From Leucoraja erinacea (lineage: Eukaryota): a DNA stretch of 64,000 nucleotides. The stretch is taken from NCBI RefSeq assembly GCF_028641065.1, contig NC_073398.1, positions 25,854,001 through 25,918,000 of the forward strand, written 5' to 3'. This document shows positions 42,401 through 52,780 of the stretch, piece after piece. The notes under the pieces were generated by a model. The model worked only from the letters and a program-made list of their open reading frames with translations. It had not been told where the DNA came from and searched no databases. The first letter of the stretch is position 1. Every line of letters starts with the position of its first letter. The position numbers were made by a program, and so were the translations under genes.

Positions 42401-45400
42401 TATCTTCAGATATGTGGCTGCCTGTCAATCTAACAGCATTTTATTTCAATTTGTTTGGAGGTTTGCAAATCCATCTCACTCTGCACCTCAACTTCCTCAG
42501 AAAACGTAGAAAATTCAGCTTATCTCCAATGACTCTTACAAATTTCTGCAGAGACACCATAGAAAGCATCCTTTCAATAGACAATATTCAATAGGTGCAG
42601 GAGTAGGCCATTTGGCCCTTCGAGCCAGCACCGCCATTCAATGTGATCATGGCTGATCATCCCCAATCAGTACCTCGTTCCTGACATCTCCCCATATCCC
42701 CTGACTGCTATTTTTAAGAGCTCTACCTAGCTCTCTCTTGAAAGCATCCAGAGAACCTGCCTCCACCTAAGGCAGAATTCCACAGATTCACCACTCTCTG
42801 TGAGAAAAAGTGTTTCCTCGTCTCCGTTCTAAATGGCTTACTCCTTATTCTTAAACTGTGGCCCCTGGTTCTGGACTCCCCCAACATCGGGAACATGTTT
42901 CCTGCCTCTAGCGTGTACAAGCCATAAACAATCTTATATTTTTCAATGAGATACCCTCTCATCCTTCTAAACTCCAGAGTGTACAAGCCCAGCTGCTCCA
43001 TTCTCTCAGCATATGACGGTCCCGCCATCCCGGGAATTAACCTTGTAAACCTACGCTGCACTCCCTCAATAGCAAGAATGTTCTTCCTCAAATTAGGGGA
43101 CTAACACTGCACACAATACTCCAGGTGTGGTCTCACTAGGGCTCAGTACAACTGCAGAAGGACCTCTTTGCTCCTATATTCAATTCCTCTTGTTATAAAG
43201 GCCAACATGCCATTCGATTTCTTCACTGCCTGCAGTACCTGCATGCTTACTTTCATAGACCGATGTACAAGGACCCCCAGATCCCGTTGTATTTCCCCTT
43301 TTCCCAACCCGACACAATGTTCAATGGGCCTGGTGCGGCAGCGATGTTCAATGGGCCCGGTGAGGCGGCGATGTTCGATGGGCCCGGTGAGGCGGCGATG
43401 TTCGATGGGCCCGGTGCGGCGGCAATGTTCGAGGGGCCCGGTGAGGCGGCAATGTTCGAGGGGCCCGGTGCGGCGGCAATGTTCGAGGGGCCCGGTGAGG
43501 CGGCAATGTTCGAGGGGGCAATGGGCCCGGTGCGGCAGCAATGGTCGAGGGGCCCGGTGCGGCGGCAATGTTCGAGGGGCCCGGTGCGGCGGCGATGTTC
43601 GAGGGGCCCGGTGAGGCGGCAATGTTCGAGGGGCCCGGTGAGGCGGCGATGTTCGATGGGCCCGGTGCGGCAGCAATGTTCGATGGGCCCGGTGCGGCGG
43701 CCATGTTCAATGGGCCCGGTGCGGCAGCCATGTTCAATGGGGTCCAGTGCGGCAGCAATGTTCGAGGGGCCCGGTGAGGCGGCAACGTTCGAGGGGCCCG
43801 GTGCGGCGGCAATGTTCGAGGGGCCCGGTGAGGCGGCAATGTTCGATGGGCCCGGTGCGGCAGCAATGTTCGAGGGCCCGGTGCGGCGGCAATGTTCGAG
43901 GGGCCCGGTGCGGCGGCAATGTTCGGTGGGCCCGGTGAGGCGGCAATGTTCGAGGGGCCCGGTGCGGCGGCGATGTTCGATGGGCCCGGTGCGGCAGCAA
44001 TGTTCGATGGGCCCGGTGCGGCGGCCATGTTCGATGGGCCCGGTGCGGCAGCCATGTTCGATGGGCCCGGTGCGGCAGCAATGTTCGAGGGGCCCGGTGA
44101 GGCGGCAATGTTCGATGGGCCCGGTGCGGCGGCAATGTTCAATGGGCCCGGTGCGGCAGGCGATGTTCGATGGGCCCGGTGCGGCGGCGATGGTCGATGG
44201 GCCCGGTGCGGCGGCGATGTTCGATGGGCCCGGTGAGCGGCGATGTTTGGCGGGCCCAGTGAGGCGGCGAGGTGAGTAGGCCCCAGTGCGGCGGCGAGGT
44301 GGGTAGGCCCAAGTGAGGCAGCGAGGTGAGTAGGCCCCAGTGCAGCGGCGAGGTGGGTAGGCCCCAGTGGGGCGGCGAGGTTCAGCGGGCCGCTCCGCGA
44401 TGGTACCTCAGTGCTGAAGCTGCAGCTCAAAGCTCTGGCCGGTCCCGGCAGGAAAGGCCGCGCCAATCCAAATGGTAGGCTGCGAGGAAGGGATGAAGAT
44501 GCGGCTCGGAGGAAGGACGCATCCTCGCCCAGGTAAGGACTGGGAAAAATGGTTAAATAAACAACATACCTTTTGCTTTGTCCTGCACTTGCGATCCGTG
44601 ATGGTGAAGGCGTTGAAGGCGTTTTTAGTCGCGTAGAACGGATTTTCAGCATTAGGTTTTGAGTAGCAGTCCAAGCAAATTCCTCTCCGACAACGAATAT
44701 AACCTGCATTTTAACCACCACCACCAAAGCCTCTGGAATTGCAGGCACAGGTAGGTTTTGTAACAACGCCACTATGTCAAAAGTTTTATACACCTTGGCG
44801 GAGCGAGGCCGAGGCCCCCCTAGATCTCGAGGCCCTAAGCTTAAGCTTATGAACCTAATACGTAAATCCAGCCCTGAAGATAAGAATGCATTCTTGATCT
44901 CCCAAACTGTTGTTGCACCAGTACTTGTACTTGAAATGAAATGAAATGAAAAAAAAAAAAATACTTTTATTAATCTGCACTTTCTCTGTAGCTGCAACAC
45001 TATTCTGCACCATGTTTCTTTGCTCTTTTTGCACTACCTGATGGTATGATTGCGATCTCAATGTATGGTACAATTTGCCTGTATAGCACATAAAACAAAG
45101 GTTTGCACCGTATCTTGGTACATATGACAGTAATAAACCAATATCAATACTTACAGGATGTAAAAGTCCTAGCATTTATTTTACAATGACTTACATAATT
45201 ATTTTTGCATGTCAAAAATAATTTGGCTATTGAAGAAATCATGTGATTTTTTACTTTTACTACTATTATGTTATCACATTTTTCAAATAACTTTGGTGCG
45301 GAATGTCAAAGTTAGGGAAATGTATGATAGAAACATAGAAACATAGAAAATAGGTGCAGGAGTAGGCCATTCGGCCCTTCGAGCCTGCACCGCCATTCAA

Positions 45401-46843
45401 TATGATCATGGCTAATCATCCAACTTAGTATCCTGTACCTGCTTTCTCTCCATACCCCTGATCCCTTTAGCCACAAGAGCCACATCTAACTCCCTCTTAA
45501 ATATAGCCAATGAACTGGCCTCAACTACATTCTGTGGCAGAGAATTCCAGAGATTCACCACTCTGTGTAAAAAATGTTTTTTTCATCTCAGTCCTAAAAG
45601 ATTTCCCCTTTATCCTTAAACTGTGACCCCTTGTTCTGGACTTCCCCAACATCGGGAACAATCTTCCTGCATCTAGCCTGTCCAACCCCTCAAGAATTTT
45701 GTAAGTTTCTATAAGATCCCCCCTCAATCTTCTAAAATCTAGCGAGTACAAGCCGAGTCTATCCAGTCTTTCTTCATATGGAAGTCCTGACATCCCAGGA
45801 ATCGGTCTGGTGAACCTTCTCTGTACTCCCTCTATGGCAAGAATGTCCTTCCTCAGATTAGGAGACCAAAACTGTACGCAATACTCCAGGTGTGGTCTCA
45901 CCAACACCCTGTACAACTGCAGTAGAACCTCCCTGCTCCTATACTCAAATCCTTTTGCTATGAATGCTAACATACCATTCGCTTTCTTCATTGCCTGCTC
46001 CACCTACATGCCTACTTTCAATGACTGGTGTACCATGACACCCAGGTCTTGTTGCATCTCCCCTTTTCCTAATCGGCCACCATTCAGGTAATAGTCTACT
46101 TTCCTGTTTTTGCCACCAAAGTGGATAACCTCACATTTATCCACATTATACTGCAAATACAATGATGATTGCAAAGACCTGATGACAAACGGTGAAACAT
46201 TTTACATTTAGCATAACCATTTCTTGTGCACCGAGTTACTGAATCACATGCAGAATGATTGTACACTGACTCCTTCACTGGACCCCTTTACCCATTTCAA
46301 GATGTCTCCCATATGATTAATTTTAACATACCAAATAGTCTCAGCAGTATCATTCATAGTCTATATGAGACACCATAGAACCACCCCTCACAACTCCTAC
46401 ATTACATATTTCTCGGTATCTCTAAATGCCATATCACCTTCTAATCTATCATCCCTCCCTCTTCATCATTTACCTTATTCAATCCCTCTCTGATACCCAT
46501 CCTACAAAGTTCTTCTGCTATAGATCTCGCCCGTTCATCATCTATTTTTTTACCCACTTTATTATGCTCTTCAAAATTATATACTTCTTAATATCCCTTT
46601 CATAGACAAAACTAATAAAATATTTTGATTTTTTTCTTCCCATACCTTATTCATATCGAAAGTCTTAAACATCTGTTCAATGTAGGCATTGGCTTCCAGG
46701 CTCAATCCCCTAAGGCCGAAGAACTGCTTGAACTCATGCAAAGTCAGTTGGCCTGATGGGCATTCAGTCATAAACTTCTTATACCAGTGGTGGAGCTCCA
46801 CAGCCTGTAGATCATCCACAGTGGTGCTCTGCGAGTTTCCCAT
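36303..46843 (-). CDS. GUCA1A: Guanylate cyclase-activating protein, GCAP1/GCAP1-like; join(-) 46646-46843,41848-41997,38800-38890,36303-36430 = 567 nt, 188 aa
   Basis: N-myristoylation start MGNSQS; non-binding EF1 (ECPSGQL); EF2 [14 protein letters not shown]3 [14 protein letters not shown]4 DINGDGELSLPE; canonical GCAP 4-exon structure with GT-AG introns; the C-terminus IHNRRHSV resembles teleost GCAP1, so it may be the GCAP1L paralogue rather than the mammalian GUCA1A orthologue. Confidence 0.9.
37224..37466 (-). mobile_element. Probable solo LTR (Gypsy-like)
   Basis: Minus strand starts TGTGGCGG and ends ACA, with internal TTTAAAA then AATAAA; CpG-rich relative to flanks; no clear TSD. 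Confidence 0.5.
38800..38890 (-). CDS. GUCA1A: GCAP1-like exon 3
   Basis: [31 protein letters not shown]; ccacAG / GTGAGT. Confidence 0.93.
40524..40998 (-). mobile_element. Rex1/Babar-type 3' fragment, second family with (TATATC)n tail
   Basis: [52 protein letters not shown]. Confidence 0.88.
41504..41821 (+). mobile_element. Penelope-derived short element with nested CR1 tail and 15-bp TSD
   Basis: TTCCAAAAATGACAG at 41489-41503 and 41822-41836; CR1 3' piece at ~41596-41778 splits tgtgtcta|ccttc. Confidence 0.85.
41848..41997 (-). CDS. GUCA1A: GCAP1-like exon 2
   Basis: [50 protein letters not shown]; tgcAG / GTGAGA. Confidence 0.95.
42033..42142 (-). mobile_element. Penelope-derived short element (inverted relative to 41504-41821)
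   Basis: aactgcagatgctggtttaaatggaaggtagacacaaaatgct...gacgttttgggtcgagacccttcttcag. Confidence 0.8.
42577..43314 (-). mobile_element. CR1/HER1 3' fragment
   Basis: [44 protein letters not shown]. Confidence 0.92.
43315..44392. repeat. 27-bp GC/CpG-rich minisatellite (VNTR), about 35 + 5 units
   Basis: Unit GGGCCCGGTG(C/A)GGC(G/A)GC(A/G/C)ATGTTCGA(T/G); from ~44250 it drifts to GGCCCCAGTGCGGCGGCGAGGTG(A/G)GTA, same period. Confidence 0.95.
44393..44876. mobile_element. DNA-transposon-like segment ending in a hAT-style terminus
   Basis: CpG-rich block ending TAAATCCAGCCCTG (reverse complement CAGGGCTGGATTTA) with GAGGCCC subterminal motifs, followed by an abrupt return to AT-rich DNA; the other end is not seen. 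Confidence 0.5.
45327..46152 (-). mobile_element. CR1/HER1 3' fragment (young)
   Basis: [42 protein letters not shown]...; (ctatgttt)n tail. Confidence 0.93.
46646..46843 (-). CDS. GUCA1A: GCAP1-like exon 1
   Basis: [44 protein letters not shown]...TFDMNK; donor GTATGG. Confidence 0.95.
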
Positions 46844-46924
46844 TAGTCCTGGTGATATTACACTGAGATTCTCACACAAGCACACACTTTCCGACACAGC
46901 AAGGTAACTTTGTCTCTTTGAGCA

Positions 46925-47020
46925 TCTGAGCTAATTTAACTGAGGGCTAAGCCTAACACTGGCCAATCACCTATTTAATTCCTCCTGATATGGGTTTAAG
47001 ATCTCAGGATATTTAAAGAA
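46925..47020 (-). promoter_or_regulatory. Proximal promoter of the GCAP gene with CRX/OTX-type homeodomain sites
   Basis: CTAAGCC (46947-46953), CTAATT (46931-46936), TTAATTCC and CCAAT clustered within ~150 nt of the ATG. Confidence 0.45.
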
Positions 47021-48881
47021 AGATACTGCCTAACTGAAAGCCTGTATTGTTACCAAGGAACAGTTATTCCAGAGCAAACTGCAATGATCACTAATATGCA
47101 TCACTTACCCAACAGCTCATACTGACTTCTACACATTCTCCTTCTCTTCATCATTCCTTCTTTATCCCTTTCATTCATTTTAATTTAAAAGTGTGATAAG
47201 TTTAGATCACCATCACATCCTACCTAAAATATTTATTCCATAGTGACCTTATTCCACAGTGAGTTTCATGACCCCTGGGTTCAATGGGTATGTGACCTCC
47301 TTTTTTTTGGTACACTTGGAAATGGAAGAGCTGCAATTGCAGCTATTGTAATCCAATGATTGAGGTAAGCAGATCTGTTTTGGGTGGGCGACCAACCTGC
47401 TCTGAACATTAACAAGATTTATTGGGTAGGTCAACTGTTAGGATGCCAGATGCTTTGTTCTAGAAACATTGCCATTCAATCACGAAACATTAAAGGTAAT
47501 TCAAGTTGGATAAGCAACGGAACAGCTATTTATGCTTTTTCGTTACAATTTACTTTTTATAACAGTGCATCTTGCTAATGCATTTTCATACATTCATAAT
47601 TTCTAAAAACAGAGTTAGGCCATTTGGCCCATCAAGTCTACTCTGCCATTCAATCATGACTGATCCATCTTTCTCTCTCAACCCCATTCTCCTGCCTTTG
47701 CCCCATAATCCCTGACATCCTTAATAATTAAAAATCTGTTAATCTCCACCTTAAACATATCAATTGATTTGGCCTTCACAACTGTCTGTGGCAATGAATT
47801 CCACCGATTCACCACTCTCTGACTAAATAAATTCCTTCTCGTCCTTTCTAGTTATGTCATTTTATTCTAAGGTTATGGGCTCTGGTCCTAGACTCTCCCA
47901 TAATGCATGTGGCTGTTTTGCTCTTCCCTCTTCTCTCTATTCATCATTCCTCATTTTTATATGTTCCTCACCCCTTCCACTATTTGCTTCTCAGGCTTCC
48001 GTCTCTTCACACAATTTTATCCTCCTTCTTCCTGCTATTGGTTGACATCTTCCAAAAGCCCATTGATTTCAGAATAGTTTCCATACTTCTAATATAAGAT
48101 TAAAAAACAGGGATATCTTGCTTAGTTTACCGGATATGACGAGCTGGGAAAATGCTAGCATCTATTATTAGGGAAGTTATAATTGGACACTTGGAAAATA
48201 ATAATAGGATTACACAAAGTAAATAGGGATTTATGAAAGGAAAATTTGACCTGTTATGTCTGCTATTTGTTTTCTGAGATTGTAACTCGTTGAATGGATA
48301 CAGGAAAGCAGTGCCGTGATTTAATTTATTTTTCAGAAGACCTTCGACGAAGTCCATATATTTGAGTTCATGGAATTGAGGGTAAAACCGTGGCATGGAT
48401 TGAGGATTGATGAATGTCATAGAGTGATACAATGTGGAAACAGGCTGTTTGGCCCAACTTGCCCACACCGGCCAACCTGTCCCACCTACACTAGTCTCAC
48501 CTGCCTGCGCTTGGTCCATATCCCTCTAAACTTGTTCTATCCATGTACCTGTAGAACTGTTTCTTAAACGTTGGGATAGTCCCAGCCTCAACTACTGAGA
48601 GATTAAGTCCTAAATCCTGAGAGATTCCCAGCTGATCTTTTTCCAATTATCCCTTGATTTCTTTAACATCCAAAAATTTATTCTCATTTTATTCTCTTCT
48701 CTCTCCATTCTCTATCTTGTCTCTACTTAGTGATTGAACCTTTGTCTCCCTCCTGCCTCCATACCCCACGGATAGTGAATTTTAAGCATTTGCTTTTCTT
48801 CAGATGAAGGCATTTCTTTTTATGTCATGAATCGCTAATTTTGAGACAATGAAACCAGTTTTAGACATTCCAGCTAAGGAA

Positions 48882-49206
48882 GCCTGCGGCCATCGTTGCC
48901 TGGGTCGACGGAGTCATGCGGCTGAGGCCTGGGTCGGTGCCACGGAAGCGCCCGGAGAGGACCTGACAGCGTTAGTGTAGAGGTTGGTGCGGTGCCGACG
49001 GACGGACGAGAACAGACATGTGAAGTGAGGATGCCGCTGCCGAGGGAAGGAACAAAGGAGGACCCAGCGCGGGGGCACCGCCGTGATGAACAACAGACAA
49101 AGGGGGAACTGGCATGGCAGGGGGAGGGGGAAATCTGTAACTTTGTAAGCACTCTTTATTGGTGACTATTTGCTTACCTTCGCAAGGTATGCAAGCAAAG
49201 AATTTC
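48882..49206 (+). mobile_element. GC-rich non-autonomous repeat 3' fragment
   Basis: CpG-rich block with a LINE-like tail ending gtatgcaagcaaagaatttc. Confidence 0.45.
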
Positions 49207-49432
49207 CTCCATCATATCTGCTACCACCACCACTCAAGAGCATGCTCCAGGCATTTACACGTTCTGTGTAAAATAATTGTCTCACATATCTCCTTTTACT
49301 TTTTCCCTCCGAATTTACAGCTGTGCCCTTAAGTATTTGACATTTCCACTGGGGAAATAGGTTCAACAGAACTTCAACAGAATCCCTGGAAAACAGGGCA
49401 AAGTTGTAAAGTTAGCAAACTAGATGTCAGCT

Positions 49433-49930
49433 GATCTACATCGGCGAGACTAAGCGGAGGTTGGGCGATCATTTCGCCGAACACCTCCGCTCGGTCCGCA
49501 AGAACCTACCTTACCTCCCGGTGGCTCAGCACTTCAACTCCCCCTCCCATTCCCAATCTGACCTCTCTGTCCTGGGTCTCCTCCATTGCCAGAGTGAGCA
49601 ACACCGGAAATTGGAGGAACAGCACCTCATATTCCGCTTGGGGAGCCTGCATCCAGTGGGCATGAACATTGAATTCTCCCAATTTTGTTAGCCCTTGATG
49701 TTTCCTCCCCTTCCTTAGCCCTCGAGCTGTCTCCTCCCATTCCCCAGCCCTCGGGCTCCTCCTCCTCCCTTTTTCCTTCCTACTCCCCGCTACCCCCTAT
49801 CAGTCTGAAGAAGGGTTTCGGCCCGAAACGTTACCTATCTCCTTAGCTCCATAGATGCTGCTGCACCCGCTGAGTTTCTCCATTTTTTTTGTGTACCTTC
49901 GATTTTCCAGCATCTGCAGTTCCTTCTTGA
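49433..49930 (+). mobile_element. Penelope-like element 3' end (GIY-YIG endonuclease remnant and pLTR)
   Basis: YIGETKRRLGDHFAEHLRSVRKN..VAQHFNSPSHS..RKLEEQHLIFRLGSLHPVGMNIEF. Confidence 0.92.
49805..49833 (+). ncRNA. Minimal hammerhead-ribozyme core of a Penelope pLTR
   Basis: CTGAAGA-A-GGGT(TTCG)GCCC-GAAAC-GTTA with palindromic AACGTT. Confidence 0.55.
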
Positions 49931-51367
49931 ACAAGTTCGCAAACCATGCTGTTTATCTGGGTAATTCATCATACTTCTGTCACTTTATATTCACTTCCAT
50001 AAGTTTTATTTCACCTTCTCATTGTTCACTTCTTTTCATCCTCCCACAAAGTAGCACCATGACTTTTTATACTGCCAATAGGTTCAGTACATGTTAAACC
50101 ATTTTTTATTCTAAAATTATAGCACAAGGAAGAATTTTTGGTGAGTGCAATAACCACCTGCCAAAACCTCAGTGACAAATTGGTAAAATTAATATAGTTC
50201 AATTTTAGCTCTACATCATTAGTCGAGGGATTCATGTTCATAAATGATAGGAGCAGAATTAGGCCATTCAGCCCATCGAGTCTACGCCGCTATTCAATCA
50301 TGGCTGATCTAACTCTCCCCCTCAACCGCATTCCCCATAACCCCTGACACCCATACTAATTTCCATTGACATCTCGGATTAAAACCTCATTGGTAGAAGC
50401 AGCTAAGTAATTAGTACTATTAGATTAACTTTTTGGATATGATAAACATTGATCACATAAACTAGACTACAGTAGATGGATATTACAGATAATCAGGGAT
50501 TGAACAATGTGCAATGAATGGAAACACAGTCGCCAATTGTCATGGTGCAATCTCTCATAAATGGGAGTTAGCCATTTGTTGAACTCAACTGATCTGTTAC
50601 AAAGCAACAACTGAGATCCCAAAATCTGAAATTAACAGTGAAATTCACAAGTTATTTATAGTGAATAATTTATCCAGATCAATGTTGTTATTTTCCCTTG
50701 GAACCAATGTTTTTTTTCCCACAAAGGGTGGTGGGTGTATGGAACGAGCTGCTGAGGTAGTTGAGGCAGGTACTATTGCAACATTTAAGAAACATTTAGA
50801 CCTGTACATGGATAAGATAGGGTTAGAGGGATATGGGACAAACACAGGTACACTAGTGGAGATCTGACATGTTGGTCAGTGTGGGCATGTTGGGCTAAAG
50901 GGCCTGTTTCCACACTGTATGACTATGACTCTATACCAAACTTAGCAGTATTATGAAATGTGAATCGGATAAGAGATTACTGCAGGCGATTAACAGACTG
51001 GTGGAATAGACAGGCACATGGCAAACAATGTTTAACATGGAAATGCTGTGGAAATTCAATGTTCTGGAAGTGAAATTGATGCCAGGACAACCTCTTAGTA
51101 CTGAAAGCAACTGCACCATGGCCTGACAATTTTCTACCCATGTGTCACCACTTGTGTGTCAATCCTCCTGGAAATGGGAATAGAACAAACCCGGGACAGG
51201 TGGTGAGTCCACAGCACTGGTCATTTCTTTATCTCTCACCTTTCCTCGCTCTATTTTGGACCATCTTCCTACAACTTTCTCTCCTTCTGTTTCCATACAA
51301 CTCCGTATTATTTTTGTTTTGTTACTCTCCTTGTTGCTTTCATGTGAATGGATCCTTATCTATCACC

Positions 51368-51652
51368 GGCGGCACAAAGGTAGGCTTGCTGCCGGAGATC
51401 TTTGATCCCGACTACAGGTGCTGTCTGTGCGGAGTTTGTACGTTCTCCCCGTGACCTGCGTGGGTTTCCCCCCGAGATCTTCTGTTTCCTCCCACACTCC
51501 AAAGACGTACAGGTATGTAGGTTAATTGGCTTGGTGAATGTAAAAATTGTCCCTAGTGGGTGTAGGACATTGTTAATGTGCGGGGATCGCTGGTCGGCGT
51601 GGGCCCGGTGGGCCGAAGGGCCTGTTTCCGCGCCGTATCGCTAAATTAAACT
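51368..51652 (+). mobile_element. HE1-type V-SINE (tRNA-derived head, V-domain, CR1-derived tail)
   Basis: V-domain gtctgtgcggagtttgtacgttctccccgtgacctgcgtgggtttc...ttcctcccacactccaaagacgtacagg; tail gggccgaagggcctgtttcc. Confidence 0.85.
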
Positions 51653-51659
51653 GGGCCTA

Positions 51660-51900
51660 GTCACCGCGTTGCCATGGTAACACTCCCGGAAGTAAAGCTG
51701 CATTTTGGTTCCGGGCCGCGGTGCTGATGTGGCTGCTGTTTGCTTGAAAGTGGCCGAGTGTCGGGCGGTCACTCGAGGCCGACTCGGTCACCGCCGCTTT
51801 ATCCTCTGACCGGCAGCTTCCGACGCAGGCCTGCAAACCGGCTTCCCGCCAGGGACGCGGCGGACACTTGGTGGCGGCGGCGGCAGAGAGAGCAGTTCGG
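51660..51900 (+). promoter_or_regulatory. CpG-island promoter and non-coding exon 1 of the giantin-like gene
   Basis: Near-perfect RFX X-box GTTGCCATGGTAAC (51668-51681), ETS site CCGGAAGT (51686-51693), CpG-rich run, donor cgg|GTAAAA at 51901. Confidence 0.75.
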
Positions 51901-51929
51901 GTAAAACTTGGGGAGACGCAGCGGGCCCA

Positions 51930-52780
51930 CATCATCAGATCCCTGATCCCGGAAGGCTGGATGGGGTAGGGGGTCACCCAGTTACAGTCCAGGAGTGGAG
52001 ATCGCCAGGATTCTGAGCCCAAGTGTGTGGGTCAACCAGAGACACAATCCAAGATTGGGGATCACCCAGTAACAGAACCAGAGACCATATCTTGTGGGGT
52101 GGATGTTGGATCACTTTGATGGCGGAGTCGGGAAGGAAGAATACTTGATACTAAAACTGGGAGGGTATTTGAGGGTGGGATGGGGTGGGTCGCCTGAATA
52201 AACAACCTATGGTTTGAATAGGAGAGATTCATCTGGATACTTGAGCCTTGACAGGGGCTGATCATCTTGACACCAGAGCCCGGGGCTGTGTACTTTCTCA
52301 GGACACAATGTAATGGGTTGATGGTCATTTGGACAGTTGGCATGGGTTGGGACTAGAATCTCAGATGGAGTCTGAGTGGTCCCTAGATAGCCAGCAGCTG
52401 CTGGTGAGAAGTGTGGGAGGAAAAGATACATCGAAATGTGGGAAGGATGAAGTGGGTCACTCGGATACTTCTGTCCCGGAGGGTGTTCCTCTAATGATTG
52501 TCGCAGTTGTGTATGGCATAGGATCACACAGATATCAACAATTGGGAGGGTTATGAGTGTCCTAAATTCCAGAGCATTGGAAGGTTGTGGGATCGCCCTG
52601 ATACGGAACCTGGAAAGTGGAGATTGCAGTGTTCAGGAATGGGGAAGGCATTTTTGTGGTAGTTGGTCACTCAGATTTGCGAACTGGGTGTAATGTTTTG
52701 TTTTGGAGGTTGGAGGCGTGGGGTCACCAGGACACTGATGATAGGAGGATGGGGAGAATCACCTGACACCAAAGTTGGAG
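51930..52780 (+). repeat. Degenerate array of a ~15-nt motif with G-rich variable spacers
   Basis: GG(G/A)TC(A/G)CYYRGAYAC-like cores at about 51974, 52002, 52032, 52062, 52111, 52190, 52229, 52262, 52325, 52457, 52524, 52593, 52667, 52724 and 52759. Confidence 0.55.

Noticed and set aside
43315-44392. CRISPR-like array
   Set aside because: Head-to-tail tandem units with no unique spacers; vertebrate context; no cas genes
43143-45000. Long repetitive ORFs (550, 338 and 177 aa) as protein-coding genes
   Set aside because: By-products of a 27-bp GC-rich minisatellite open in several frames on both strands; they lie in GCAP intron 1 and have no gene structure
46577-46897. N-terminally extended GCAP from the ORF track
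   Set aside because: The extension begins at a non-ATG codon; the MG myristoylation start at 46843 matches the family
51930-52780. CRISPR-like repeat-spacer array
   Set aside because: Repeats are short and highly degenerate, spacing is irregular, and there is no leader or cas gene
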